Shown: piece after piece, positions 31,965 to 42,337 of the stretch
Layout of the letters: each line of letters starts with the position of its first letter
How positions within the stretch are numbered: the stretch's first letter is position 1
DNA from: Nitrospirota bacterium
GTDB lineage: Bacteria; Nitrospirota; UBA9217
DNA length: 64,000 nt
Direction of reading: 5' to 3'
Assembly (NCBI GenBank): GCA_963751455.1
Contig: CAVVUN010000001.1
Location: 64,001 to 128,000, forward strand
Position numbers and translations under genes: made by a program
Notes under the pieces: generated by a model
Databases searched by the model: none
Told to the model about the DNA's origin: nothing
What the model saw: the letters and a program-made list of their open reading frames with translations, nothing else

Positions 31965-33457
31965 CTTTCCTTCAATATTGATCTGGGCGAAATCAGGACC
32001 GAGTCGATATTGGTGTCACAAAGCCCTGGATATAAGCAGTCCTTTCGAAATACTCGCCGTCCCGGGGATAGCTGATAATCACACGAGGACTTTTGGAAGG
32101 AGAACCGGTCAGGCTGGCGCATACTCCGACTTCTTCGATCATGCCGAGTTGAACTCCGGGCTTCACGCGCAGCCCGGCTGTATTCAAGACAAGTCGGAGA
32201 GCATCGGTTGTGACCGCTGCCGGGCATTGTTATTTCGTTCCAGCCTGAATGCATTGTTGAAAAATCGATCTGGAAGCCGGGCGCAACATCCTGCCAGGCA
32301 GTCCCGGTCAGATACTGAAGTCCTGCGCTCAGGTTCATGGCGCTGGAGAGATGGAGTTTTAGGGTCTCGGGCTGAACAGTGCGTTCAAACGTTATGTCCA
32401 GAGATTGGTCTGAAGAGGAAGCGGCTATCTTATAGGATGTTGTGATGTCTCCGTCATATGCAGCCTTATAAGATACGGATGAGACGGAGTTCCATCCGCT
32501 GTCGGTTTCAACGATCAGCTTGAGGGCCCGGATGATTGCTGTTCCTCCTGTTGCCTGAAATTCGATCTTGTTTTCACCCTGGACCAGCCATAAGGGGTTG
32601 ATCTCCTCGATATACGAAGACCAGGCAGGCTTGGTGCTTTCCGGCTGGGGTATGTCAAAACCGCCCGCCCAGAAAAGTCCATTGATGCGCCGTTTAATGC
32701 TGACCGACCTTACCAGATTGTATCCGTCATAGAGCATGATAGGCGCGCTTGAAAAGATACGGGTTCTGGGTCATCCCAAGCATCACCGCGGGCGTGGAAC
32801 CTTCTGCCACTGATAATTCGGACGGAGCAGCAGAAAATTCGAGGATATGCGAGTGATTCCCGGACGAGAATGCCAAGTGCTTCCTGCGGAGAACGGATGC
32901 CTTCGAGCGTTATATGAGAAGCATTATCCTGCTCTGTGGACCCATCTTCTCCCCAGAGCTCGATCTCCGCGATTCCCGTGGTTATGTTTCCAAGGGGCAC
33001 GAATTCTAATAAAAGATGCTGTGCAGCCAACGGCTCCGCAGGTGTCAGGGAATTCCAGGAAGTACCGAGCGTCGTGAGGTCTTTCCCGGTAAGGGAGGGC
33101 ACAGGCTCCCACGTTCCCGGCATTGTCTCTGTAGACGTTGATTTGATAGGACGGCGAGCCGTAAACATGTATGCCGCTCAGGCTTCGCGTTTCGGACAGG
33201 CTCACGGTAACTCTCGCAGTCTGCATGGGCATATATGCAGTTGCAGTGTCCCTGTCGAAGAGTCGCCAGGCGAAATTCATTTCAGCCTGGGCCAGTTTCG
33301 GTGAAAGGGCAGTGGTATCAACCGAGACCATGGCAGGTGTCAGTTTGACGGTTACAGAAGCCGGAGATACGCCCATGACGGAAACTGCAATCACCCAAAT
33401 AATCGCCGCACATACAAAAGCAGAAATTATTCTCGCCTTCCTTTGCTTGAACATGAT
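31950..33457 (-). pseudogene. 5' part of RHS-1 (signal peptide plus discoidin/beta-sandwich domains), broken by at least four frameshifts
   Basis: Fragments 32924..33484, 32710..33168, 31817..32737 and 31993..32187 align in order to RHS-2 residues (AWRLFDRDTATAY/AWTLFDLDTNTAY, GIAEIELWG/GIKEIEIWG, RRINGLFW/RRINGLSW, YPRDGEYFERTAYIQGF/YPLNGEYFGRTAYIQGF). Confidence 0.88.
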
Positions 33458-33534
33458 CGTCTCCTTAATTTTGGGGCCTTTCATAAAGTGTGATCGTTTG
33501 TATCGTGTCCGGCTCCGGATTTATTAAAATAAAT

Positions 33535-34865
33535 CAGTAGTGTCCGGTTATCGTTTTTTTAATGTGCGATAACTCGCTGTCATTCAAAGATAAAAGAGAC
33601 TGTATGCAACTTTTCGATTTGAACTTAATTTATCCAGAATCATCCTATAATCCACCTCATCTATGCATGAGGAGGGACGAAGATGAATTCCGGAAAGACG
33701 GTTTTTGCTCAGCTGATCCAGCATCTACCACGGTACGAGTTCAACCAATGCGTCCTTCGTTATCACGGCAATCACAAAGTCAGAAGCTTTTCATGCATGG
33801 ATCAGTTTCTCTGCATGGCATTTGCCCAGCTGACCTATCGCGAAAGCTTGCGCGATATTGTAACGTGTCTCAACTCCCATCGACCAAAGCTTTACCACAT
33901 GGGCTTTCGAGGGAAGGTCGCCAAATCCACGTTGGCGGACGCCAACGAGCTTCGAGACTTCCGCATCTATCAGGACTTCGGCTATTTGCTCATCGACATC
34001 GCCAGCAAACTTTATCGGAACGAGGAGTTTGGCCTCGACCTGAAGCTCTCGGTCTTTGCGCTGGACTCAACGATCATCGATCTTTGCCTTTCCACGTTCC
34101 CTTGGGCGACGTTTCGGAAAAAGAAAGCAGCCGTCAAGATTCACACTTTGCTCAACGTGCAGGGATCGATTCCAACCTTTATTTTCGTGACTCCCGGCAG
34201 CGTTCACGATGTCAATATGATGGATACTGTCCCGTTCGAAGCCGAATCGGTCTATACAATGGATCGCGCTTACCTCGACTTCGAGCGACTTTACCAAATC
34301 GATCAACTGTCCGCGTTCTTCGTTATCAAGAGCAAAAGCAATACCCGGCTTCGTCGCGTCTACTCTGCTCCCGTGGACAAAGCCGACGGGGTGCAAGCCG
34401 ATCAGACGGTTATGCTCATTGGCTACAAATCCCGCAAGGCTTATCCAGATCCATTTCGTCGGGTGCGCTATTACGACACCGAACGAAACAAACGCTTGGT
34501 GGTTCTTACGAACAATTTCCTTATCCCGGCCAAAACAGTCGCGGATATTTATCGCTCGCGTTGGCAGGTAGAGCTGTTCTTCAAGTGGATCAAGCAACAC
34601 TTGCGGATCAAGTCGTTCTTCGGGACATCTCCGAATGCGGTCAAGATCCAAATCTGGATTGCCGTAAGCGTTTATCTCCTCGTGGCGATTGTCAAGAAGA
34701 GATTGAATCTGCCCGGCAGCCTCCACACAATTCTACAGATTTTGGAGGTCAACCTTTTTGAGAAAATACCGATTTCTCAACTGGTTGAAGACACTATCAA
34801 TCACGAAAACGAATATCGCGACGATAACCAATTGAATCTATTTACGTAACAACCGGACACTACTG
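33535..34865 (+). mobile_element. IS4-family insertion sequence, 1331 bp
   Basis: Perfect 15-bp TIR CAGTAGTGTCCGGTT; 9-bp target duplication AAAATAAAT at 33526..33534 and 34866..34874. Confidence 0.95.
33683..34849 (+). CDS. IS4 family transposase (DUF4372 + DDE)
   Basis: QLTYRESLRDI, ALDSTIIDL, MDRAY and IYRSRWQVELFFKWIKQHLRIKSF (YREK motif). Confidence 0.97.
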   Translation: MNSGKTVFAQLIQHLPRYEFNQCVLRYHGNHKVRSFSCMDQFLCMAFAQLTYRESLRDIVTCLNSHRPKLYHMGFRGKVAKSTLADANELRDFRIYQDFGYLLIDIASKLYRNEEFGLDLKLSVFALDSTIIDLCLSTFPWATFRKKKAAVKIHTLLNVQGSIPTFIFVTPGSVHDVNMMDTVPFEAESVYTMDRAYLDFERLYQIDQLSAFFVIKSKSNTRLRRVYSAPVDKADGVQADQTVMLIGYKSRKAYPDPFRRVRYYDTERNKRLVVLTNNFLIPAKTVADIYRSRWQVELFFKWIKQHLRIKSFFGTSPNAVKIQIWIAVSVYLLVAIVKKRLNLPGSLHTILQILEVNLFEKIPISQLVEDTINHENEYRDDNQLNLFT

Positions 34866-35031
34866 AAAATAAATCAAATATTGGGAATCAGATTGATGAA
34901 CGTTTATTCGACGCGTTTTATATTGAAACTGCCGCTCATTGCGATTGTTCCCGAACAGGAACAGAAGCAGCCGAATTTGCATTGAAGGTCTTGATGATAG
35001 AATCTCATTGTTTTATCCTCTCACAGCAAAA

Positions 35032-36510
35032 TCAAAGGGCCGTAAATGTCCCATAGGCAAACGTTGTGTCAGACATATCTACCTGCAAACCCGGGTCGGC
35101 CGGAGGAACCGTCGTCATGTCGGTCATGTCCTGTTCGCATGCCGTTACATAAACATCGTAAATCGTACCGTTCGTAAGCGTCCCCGTTTGTATGGTCGTC
35201 GAAGCTGTATTGACCCAATTTGCAGCTATTTCCGCATATGTACCGTTGTTCGTGCAGCCCGTGTCAGAGTTGACGCTTCCCGCCCCCACGCAAGTCCAGA
35301 CATTGACGTAATAGGAGTTAGCTCCGGGAACCGCGCTCCAACTGAGTGTAGCCGCTCCCCCCGAAGCCGGTATTGCAGTGAGCCCGGTGGCAACGGGAAG
35401 CTTCGCGGTTGGAGAGGGAATCGTGAAAGTCTCTGTTACGGACGCCGTACCGCCCGATACAACTGCGGACACGATGTAGGTTCCTGAACCGGGAACTGCT
35501 CCGAAATCCCAGTAGGTGTAATGAGCATTGGTCGCGGGATAGGTAAACGAGATCGGGGTCGTAATTCCAGAACCCGTTATGGTGATATTCCAGTCGCTTG
35601 CGGGCGCCGAAGGAGTGGTTGTGTTCGTAAGGAGGGAAGTCCAGATCACTAATCCATAATAATCCGCAGTTCCCGACTGGTCCGAATAGAGCGTGCCTTC
35701 ATATAATACTCCGCCGCGTACATCCAGTGAATAACCGCTTCCGCTTCCGCCGGCCACAATGTCCAAAGAGGCCAGCGAGATGTTTTCCTGAGCAGCAAGT
35801 GACGGCGAAGAGGAAATATCATTTTGCAAAGCCATGCGGTTCGTGGTATGCGCGAAGATTTCTACAACATAGCTGCCGTCAGTAAGAACAGGCAGATTAA
35901 ACCAATAAGAGGAATAAAGCGGATCGGCACCGTAATAGCCGGAAAGCACTTCGAAGCCGGATCCGTCTCTGACCCGGTAATAATAAGAGCCGGCTCCGGG
36001 CAGTGCGTTCCAAGTTATGATATCGCCGGATTTGTTGAGAGTAGGTTGTGAGAGATTTTTTGAGGCGTCAATACTGAAATTATAGGTCAGAGTCGTGGTT
36101 CCGTTTGAAGCAGTTGCGGTATAGATTCCGGAGCGCGGGCTAATAGATTCCCACCACCACGTTGCATAGCTGGAGGGAGAACCGTCATCATAACTGACGA
36201 CCAGAGGAGAATCTATTCCCGGGCCTGTTATCGTGATGTGCCATCCCGCCGCTCCGCCAGGACCGTTCCCGCCGGCATCACGGAGGGTTGCGAGAACCGT
36301 TAGTCCCGCCACGGATCCGTCATTCAATGTGCCTCCGGAAGCAATAAGGGTAAAGCCGCCGCCGATATTCGCAGGAGGATGATTATGCTTTCCCTTGCAT
36401 CCTGTGAATAAAATGATAAACAGCAACAGGGGAAGCAGGAATACAATCAAGATAAGGGAAGATGATACAGGGAATGTGGAAGAGAAACGAAGTGGAAAAC
36501 TCTTAACCAT
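35032..36510 (-). CDS. RHS-associated lipoprotein with an internally duplicated beta-sandwich/FN3-like unit
   Basis: Lipobox LFTGC; two units GG.L..G..GL.V/I...W.ITITG.GI..P....Y..W, each followed by W.A.PGA.SYY. Paralog of the 63178..64000 gene. Confidence 0.8.
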   Translation of the reverse strand: MVKSFPLRFSSTFPVSSSLILIVFLLPLLLFIILFTGCKGKHNHPPANIGGGFTLIASGGTLNDGSVAGLTVLATLRDAGGNGPGGAAGWHITITGPGIDSPLVVSYDDGSPSSYATWWWESISPRSGIYTATASNGTTTLTYNFSIDASKNLSQPTLNKSGDIITWNALPGAGSYYYRVRDGSGFEVLSGYYGADPLYSSYWFNLPVLTDGSYVVEIFAHTTNRMALQNDISSSPSLAAQENISLASLDIVAGGSGSGYSLDVRGGVLYEGTLYSDQSGTADYYGLVIWTSLLTNTTTPSAPASDWNITITGSGITTPISFTYPATNAHYTYWDFGAVPGSGTYIVSAVVSGGTASVTETFTIPSPTAKLPVATGLTAIPASGGAATLSWSAVPGANSYYVNVWTCVGAGSVNSDTGCTNNGTYAEIAANWVNTASTTIQTGTLTNGTIYDVYVTACEQDMTDMTTVPPADPGLQVDMSDTTFAYGTFTAL

Positions 36511-36779
36511 AAAACCTCCTGATTTATTGCAATCTGGGCTTAGGACGATCGCAATGGAGACTTTGCCCCCCAGCCCCTTCGACTGCCTTGCTGTAATATT
36601 AAAGTATTAGGAATCGAGCAAATTATTTCATAATCCGGTATTTTTGTCTCGGCATCTGTTGCTTTTTTTGTTCGGCTTTTATTGCTGTTTATTTCTTAAT
36701 TGGTATCGTAGAAAGATTAGACCTAAAAACGAAGAAACCAGCGGAGGGGTACCACATGGCAAGATTGAAATAAAGTTGC

Positions 36780-36926
36780 CTATTTTTTTCTCATTTGTTT
36801 TCTAAACTGGGTAGGAGTGGAACCGATAATTTTTTTAAAAATTCTCTCGAAGTGCGTTAGATCCGAAAAGCCCGTGCAGAAACCGACGTCCGTTATCGAG
36901 AGGGCCTGATCGGTCAACAATTTTTT
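36780..36926 (-). pseudogene. C-terminal half of an AraC HTH separated by the ISH6-like insertion
   Basis: Translates KKLLTDQALSITDVGFCTGFSDLTHFERIFKKIIGSTPTQFRKQMRKK*, which continues RIEQAK from 38316. Confidence 0.9.
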
Positions 36927-38315
36927 GGTAGTGTAGAAAAGGAGAGACTTTGGACATGAAGTAACAACAAATTGCCCTCCATTTTATGGATAATAGTTTT
37001 GGACGAAACTAACCATAAAACAGGAGGGCAATATGGGTGTTACCCCACAAAGGAAAGGTATCACCATCAGTTTTGATTGTCAATTTGAAGTGCATTTGAA
37101 GGACAGCTCTCTTTCATCAATACTCGCCGCCTTTGCCGAGCTTTTGCCGCAGATTTTGACGGACTTCATTCAGAAAGTGCTTGTAGGCTTTGGCGAGCAT
37201 GTGATGGCTCTTAAGAAAAAGCCTTTTGCCTGCGGGTGCGGCAATGATCGGGAATTCACATGGAAGACGCGGCACGGGAAAAAGACTAAGATTCATGCCT
37301 TTTACCAATGGGTCTGGTTACAGCAGCTCCAGGTTGTTTGCAAACGCTGTGGGAGTAAGCTCTACATCACCCGAAAGCTGCTCGGAATGAAGCCGAAAAA
37401 GCGAATAGCGGCAGAAATTTATCGAAAGCTTGGGCTTCTGGGTTCCTTGACAACCTTTCGTGTGGCGGAGAAGATCGGCAAGATGTTCGGCTGGGCCGTG
37501 GACAAGATGACGGTCTGGAGCGCTGTCCAAAAGACGGGGTCGGAAATAGAGTTCAAGGTTGATGAAAAGGAGCTTCCCCAGGGCGAGGCTGACGGGACCG
37601 GGATCGGCATCAAGGGAATCAAGAAGCGCGGGAAGGAATTGAAGGCGTTCATACAGTACAAGAAGGGTGGCGGCGTGCGGGTGGCGGGCCTTGATATCGG
37701 GAATTATAACGGGTCCTGGGACAACCTTTTCAAGAAGAGTCTCAAGGCTCTGGGGAGCTTCACCCGTCCGTTTTCCTTAATCACCGACGGCGACACCTCC
37801 ATCCTGGATGCTCTTAAGGGGAAGGTGAAGATAATTGTTCAGCGCTGCTTGTGGCATATTCCCTATCAAGCGAAGTATGTGTTGTGGCAGGACAAAGTGA
37901 AGCGTAAGAGCGAGGACTGGTTGTATGTGATCGTGGAGCTGATGGAAATCTGCGCGATACGGCCGTTTGTAGACGACAAGCAGACGATAGCCGCGATGAT
38001 CGCTTCGAAGAAGGCCCGGCTGGATGAACTGATAAAGCGGTGCGCTGAGAGAGAATATACTCACACAGCCGCTTATCTTGAAAATGCCCGCCCGGATATG
38101 TTTACGGCGATCAAGAAGAGATTAGACGGTAAGACCACGAGCAAGGTGGAGCGACTCATGCGCACGGTCAATATGCGGGTAAACGTGAGCAAGTGGACCG
38201 AGGCCGGAGCGCTGAATGTCATGAAAGTCCGGCTGGCTTATTACTATAACGGATTTGATGCATAATGCGCGTAAAATGGGGGGCTTTTGTCAGGTCTCCA
38301 CTTGACAACGCTACC
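36927..38315 (+). mobile_element. ISH6-like insertion sequence, 1389 bp
   Basis: Imperfect TIRs GGTAGTGTAGAAAAGGAGAGAC / GGTAGCGTTGTCAAGTGGAGAC; 8-bp target duplication AATTTTTT at 36919..36926 and 38316..38323. Confidence 0.88.
37033..38265 (+). CDS. Transposase (ISH6/UPF0236, Mutator-like DDE)
   Basis: EADGTG, LITDGD, QRCLWH and TTSKVERLMRTVN motifs. Confidence 0.88.
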   Translation: MGVTPQRKGITISFDCQFEVHLKDSSLSSILAAFAELLPQILTDFIQKVLVGFGEHVMALKKKPFACGCGNDREFTWKTRHGKKTKIHAFYQWVWLQQLQVVCKRCGSKLYITRKLLGMKPKKRIAAEIYRKLGLLGSLTTFRVAEKIGKMFGWAVDKMTVWSAVQKTGSEIEFKVDEKELPQGEADGTGIGIKGIKKRGKELKAFIQYKKGGGVRVAGLDIGNYNGSWDNLFKKSLKALGSFTRPFSLITDGDTSILDALKGKVKIIVQRCLWHIPYQAKYVLWQDKVKRKSEDWLYVIVELMEICAIRPFVDDKQTIAAMIASKKARLDELIKRCAEREYTHTAAYLENARPDMFTAIKKRLDGKTTSKVERLMRTVNMRVNVSKWTEAGALNVMKVRLAYYYNGFDA

Positions 38316-38800
38316 AATTTTTTGCCTGTTCTATTCTCACGCGATTTAAATAGCTTTGATAGGTCAATCCCGTCGTTTCTTTGAACGTCCGGGAAAAATG
38401 AAATCTGGAGACAGACGCTATCTTTGCCACCTGGTCAAGGCTGATATTCGTGGAACAGTAGCTGTGAATATATTGAAGCGCTTTATGAATGTAACTGCTC
38501 TTGTCGTTCGTGTCGGCGTCCTGGACCTCTTCTCTCACGCTTGTTTCAGCTGGGTCCAGTGGGGCCGTTCTGTGCTTGACCGGCCCGATGCCCTTGCGAA
38601 ACAAGCATACATTTATCCGTTCGATAAAATCGTCATAAATAAAGGGTTTTTTAACGTAATATCGTGCCCCAAGTCTGAATGCTTTTGAAGATCACCGGAA
38701 TTAAAGGCATGATTTTTTTTAATTCGATCAGAACTTCGATGCCCGACATGTCAGGCAACCTATAATCAATGACCGCAAGATCAAGATCCGGGCTCTTTTT
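38316..38800 (-). pseudogene. Receiver-AraC response regulator, degraded N-terminal part
   Basis: ORF 38311..38604 has ISLDQVAKIASVSRFHFSRTFKETTG..YLNRVRIEQAK. An upstream frame reads DYRLPDMSGIEVLIELKKIMPLIPVIF, a receiver-domain fragment. Confidence 0.85.
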
Positions 38801-38872
38801 AAGGAATACATTAGGGTCACCCATATGACGCTAAAGCGAAGCGTTTGAGCCGCTTTCTTTCGGCTGTATGGT

Positions 38873-39451
38873 TTAATTAACCACTCCCTCAACGATGCCG
38901 TCTTCGTTGAACCTGATGATCTGCCTGTCAAAGCGTGATTTCCAGTAATACCATGTATTATCTTTTGTCGACCGGGTGAGGGTCTCGGGCGGATATCCGT
39001 AGACAACTATAACCGCTTCCTTCCTCATGCTGGGTTTAACGATCCCTTCTTTAATGCATTTATTTTCAAGAGGAGAAAAACCGGCGGTCAGCTCCTTTAA
39101 ATTTTTTTTGGTGAAAAGTCTCTCGACAAAATCTTTCCTTTTCAAACCAGTGTGATGCTTCGGAGTAAAGTGGATCGCGAAAATACGATTGATATTTTTT
39201 ATCTCGAATTCACACATCTTTACCCTTCGGCCGCGCCTGTCATCAAAAATCAACGAGGTAACTTCCGAGCCGGCGGGAATGAGAATGCCTTTCCTGTAAT
39301 TGGCGCTCCACATTACGTCAGGTTTTTCGTACCAGAGATTGTATGCGGTATATAACGGACCTTCAATTCTCCGGGGATCAACCGCGAACAGACAGGAGCA
39401 AAAGCAAAAAGGAATGATCATGATTATCATCGGTAATTTTGCTCTGAACAT
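38873..39451 (-). CDS. Exported protein with a C-terminal SmpA/OmlA(BamE)-like segment; paralog of 47741..48322
   Basis: GGAGG SD before ATG 39451; hydrophobic leader; C-terminus MRKEAVIVVYGYPP..TWYYW..RQIIRFNEDGIVE. Confidence 0.7.
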   Translation of the reverse strand: MFRAKLPMIIMIIPFCFCSCLFAVDPRRIEGPLYTAYNLWYEKPDVMWSANYRKGILIPAGSEVTSLIFDDRRGRRVKMCEFEIKNINRIFAIHFTPKHHTGLKRKDFVERLFTKKNLKELTAGFSPLENKCIKEGIVKPSMRKEAVIVVYGYPPETLTRSTKDNTWYYWKSRFDRQIIRFNEDGIVEGVVN

Positions 39452-39475
39452 TACATGCCCTCCAGCGGAAATGAT

Positions 39476-39580
39476 CTCCGCGTCTTTGGTCTGGATGACG
39501 CGCTTCATGCCGTCGACGAACGCGGCGGTTCGGATATTCGCCCGGCCGCAGCTTTTGCCGGAATCGGGCCTGTTGTTCCG
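39476..39580 (-). pseudogene. About 35-codon relic of a further RHS gene
   Basis: NNRPDSGKSCGRANIRTAAFVDGMKRVIQTKDAE aligns with RHS-2 TNRADSFLGCTSATINTTTFADGLKRIIQIRKDAD and RHS-1 VRTITFADGMKRIIQISKDAD. Confidence 0.8.
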
Positions 39581-39583
39581 GCT

Positions 39584-40372
39584 TTAATAAGCTACGTTCG
39601 TGCTCTTGAGAGAGTAGGTTAAATTCATATTCGCGATTAGAATAGTTCCTATGTAGCCTTTCTGGCTCTCCACAATCTTGGCGACTCCCATGCCGGGAAC
39701 TATCCAGGAGGTGGAAACGCTCTCAATCTTCGTATAGGATCCGGAAACGTAATTGGTGGTACTTGTGAAACTGACTTTATAACTTTCATAATTTGCAACA
39801 GCCGTCCCGACGTATTCCTTTCCCATAACCGTATATGAGTATGTTTCGGTGTTGCCGCTATCATAATTCACAGTGGTGCTGTAGGAGTCGCCGATCGTAA
39901 GTGGGCTTCCAATCAGCTTTATATAACCCACTGTCGGCGAGGTTATCCAATAATCGCCGCTTTCGTCCCCTTCTCCATGCAAAAAATAGCTGCCCGAGCT
40001 GTCTTGCGTGTAGTATGTATACGAGTTGTCGGTATAATTCGCGAAATTGTTGTTGAGACTGAGAGTATACTTAAAAGAGGTGTAATCGAGACTGCAGGCT
40101 ATTCCGTTGATCGGCGATGTCTTTGTAGTCGCCGTAATGATCTCGTCTTCGTTTCCTGAAAGATTGTAAGTCACACCGTTATAAACATAGGTTCCTGCAA
40201 CGCTATACGACCATGTATCACCCGGCCGTTCGATTCTGATGTCACTCGTTTTAAGAGGAATCGACGGCGTCTCTGCTCCCCCTCCTCCGCCGCCCCCGCA
40301 GGACATGAGTAATCCGGGCAAAAGTGCGACCAGCAGGACAATCCTAAAAATCTTTGCCACATCGTTGATCAT
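39584..40372 (-). CDS. Hypothetical beta-rich lipoprotein
   Basis: Lipobox LMSC followed by a poly-Gly linker; PGDTWSY, TAVANYESYKV and SWIVPGMGVAKI resemble DUF3108/TapB-like folds. Confidence 0.7.
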   Translation of the reverse strand: MINDVAKIFRIVLLVALLPGLLMSCGGGGGGGAETPSIPLKTSDIRIERPGDTWSYSVAGTYVYNGVTYNLSGNEDEIITATTKTSPINGIACSLDYTSFKYTLSLNNNFANYTDNSYTYYTQDSSGSYFLHGEGDESGDYWITSPTVGYIKLIGSPLTIGDSYSTTVNYDSGNTETYSYTVMGKEYVGTAVANYESYKVSFTSTTNYVSGSYTKIESVSTSWIVPGMGVAKIVESQKGYIGTILIANMNLTYSLKSTNVAY

Positions 40373-40567
40373 GGTTACCTCCTATTCGGATTGCAAGAAT
40401 ATTTCGGTATTCAATGTCGTTTCAAACAATATTTTTACCAGGATAAAGCAATAATCTCATCCTCCGAGGATTTGCCCTTCCTTTATCTCGTCAATTCCGG
40501 TTCGCGTAATTTCGCTAATGCTTCCCGTTTAAGTTTCCTACCCGGCTTGAGCAGTATTGGCCCATGC

Positions 40568-41163
40568 CTATCCTTCCAGCGTCAAGCTCTTCACGATCTG
40601 CTCGAAAGTGCCGGCGTTCGTATCGAAGTAATGACGGCCGGGCGCCGAGTACCGGATGCTGTAAAACAGGTCTCCTTTCCTGAAACCGTAGTAGATGCAC
40701 TGGTACTGCAAAGTGCCGTCCAGGCGGTAGGCGTAAACAAGCCTGAAGCCCGGCAAACCTGTCACGGCCGCGGGTTTGTCCTCAAGGACATTGAAATTTT
40801 GCATGGATTCATTTATTTCGAAATCGTTTATGATAGCCTGCGCCATTTCCTGCGGCAATAGCAATAGCCCCATTGCACGATCCTTTTCCATGTGTTTGAA
40901 TTCGACGGTTACCAAATGTTTTTTAAATTCGACTTTGTCGAGCAGCAGGCCGTCCTTGGTGATAGTCACTATCTTTTCCTTTGCCTTTCTTCTTTCTTTT
41001 GCCAATCTTCTCCCCAGCTTCACTTCCTTGGGTGCATACCAGCCTTGAGGAAGCAGAAACGTGAAACCGTTATGCTTGTCTTTCCTTCGTCAGGCCCGGC
41101 AATGATCACCTGGGCATCGAGCGCGAGGACGAGAAGCGCGATGATGATCAATATTTTTTTCAT
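40568..41163 (-). CDS. Exported PsbP/DcrB-like protein, one frameshift
   Basis: Signal peptide MKKILIIIALLVLAL from 41163, shifted into ORF 40568..41023 (PAAVTGLPGFRLVYAY..FYSIRYSAP..FEQIVKSL). Confidence 0.65.
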
Positions 41164-41192
41164 GAAATTGTCCTTTGCCTATATCAGAGAGT

Positions 41193-42335
41193 TTACCGAC
41201 ACGCGCTTAAATATTGCCGGATGTAATCCTTCTCTTCAGCATCGGGCTGTAGGGCCAGGTAACGCTCAAGATTCTTCCTAGCCTCCAGCTTGTCGCCTTT
41301 CTTATAAGCCATTATGCCCATGGCCCGGTAAGGCTCAGGATAATTCGGGTCTAGCCCGACAGCCTTCCTGTAATTTTCAAGTGCCTCCTGCTGCCCCTCG
41401 GGAAGTCCGTTCTCCCGAAAGATCTCTCCGAGCAGAAAATAGGCCTTCGCATCATTCGGCTTCCAGGAAAGGTATTTTCTAACAATCTGTTCCGCGATCG
41501 TAAAATTGCCCCGTTTCACATCGAGCTCTGCATTAGGGATGAGCAGCCCTATTATATGTCTACGGATGGAGACCGCATTCGTAATACCCCGCTGCCCCTT
41601 GTACTCGCCCTCAATAAGATCGTTGAAGCTGTCGATGCGTTGCTGAAGTTTCGGGTGATCGCTGTAAGCGAATGGCGCCTTCTTTTTTACTTTTTCCACG
41701 TCCCGTTGGAAAAGCTCAAAAAGCCTGGGCGCTTCGCGAGGATTGTAGCCTGCGCGGACCGCCCGGCGAAGCCCTTCCCTGTCCGCTTCCGATTCCATTG
41801 TCCGCGAATAACCGTTTACGGCCGCGGTTACGCTCCATTGGCCCAGAGATTCTCCGAAACTCCCGAGCCAGGAGCCAAGCGAGATTTTGCTCCTGTTCCT
41901 CTTCTTCATATTCATGAATTCCTGCGCTGCGTGATGGTTCACGATATGTGTCATTTCGTGACCGAGAAGGACAGCGAGCTGAGCTTCGTTCTCAATCGCT
42001 GCCAGCATGCCGGTATGGATATATATCCTGCCCGTCGGATAAGCCATCGCGTTCAGATACGGGTTCTTGATGATCTTGACGCTGATCGGCGGAGATCCCG
42101 GCTCCGAAAGCTTCCGGGCGACTGCGTTTACATAATCGTCGAGGTCTTTGTCCTCGTAAAGCCATCCGCTCCGGTCGATTGTGCGGGTCTCTTCCTCAGC
42201 GTGCGCCCACAGTCGCTGTTCGCTGCTCTCATCGGTGCCTTCCGATATTGTCGTTTTCCCGCGCTCTGCAATCGCATCGGTTACTATCGTCAAAAGCGCA
42301 GCTAAGACTAAAATTGTGATGACCGGCCGTCTCAT
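41193..42335 (-). CDS. M48 family metalloprotease with C-terminal TPRs (BepA-like)
   Basis: NAMAYPTGRIYIHTGML, LAVLLGHEMTH (HEXXH), YSRTMESEAD, SDHP, followed by TPRs. Confidence 0.92.
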   Translation of the reverse strand: MRRPVITILVLAALLTIVTDAIAERGKTTISEGTDESSEQRLWAHAEEETRTIDRSGWLYEDKDLDDYVNAVARKLSEPGSPPISVKIIKNPYLNAMAYPTGRIYIHTGMLAAIENEAQLAVLLGHEMTHIVNHHAAQEFMNMKKRNRSKISLGSWLGSFGESLGQWSVTAAVNGYSRTMESEADREGLRRAVRAGYNPREAPRLFELFQRDVEKVKKKAPFAYSDHPKLQQRIDSFNDLIEGEYKGQRGITNAVSIRRHIIGLLIPNAELDVKRGNFTIAEQIVRKYLSWKPNDAKAYFLLGEIFRENGLPEGQQEALENYRKAVGLDPNYPEPYRAMGIMAYKKGDKLEARKNLERYLALQPDAEEKDYIRQYLSACR

Positions 42336-42337
42336 TG

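Noticed and set aside
33562-34761. 399-aa ORF overlapping the IS4 transposase
   Set aside because: Alternative frame of the transposase; low-information sequence.
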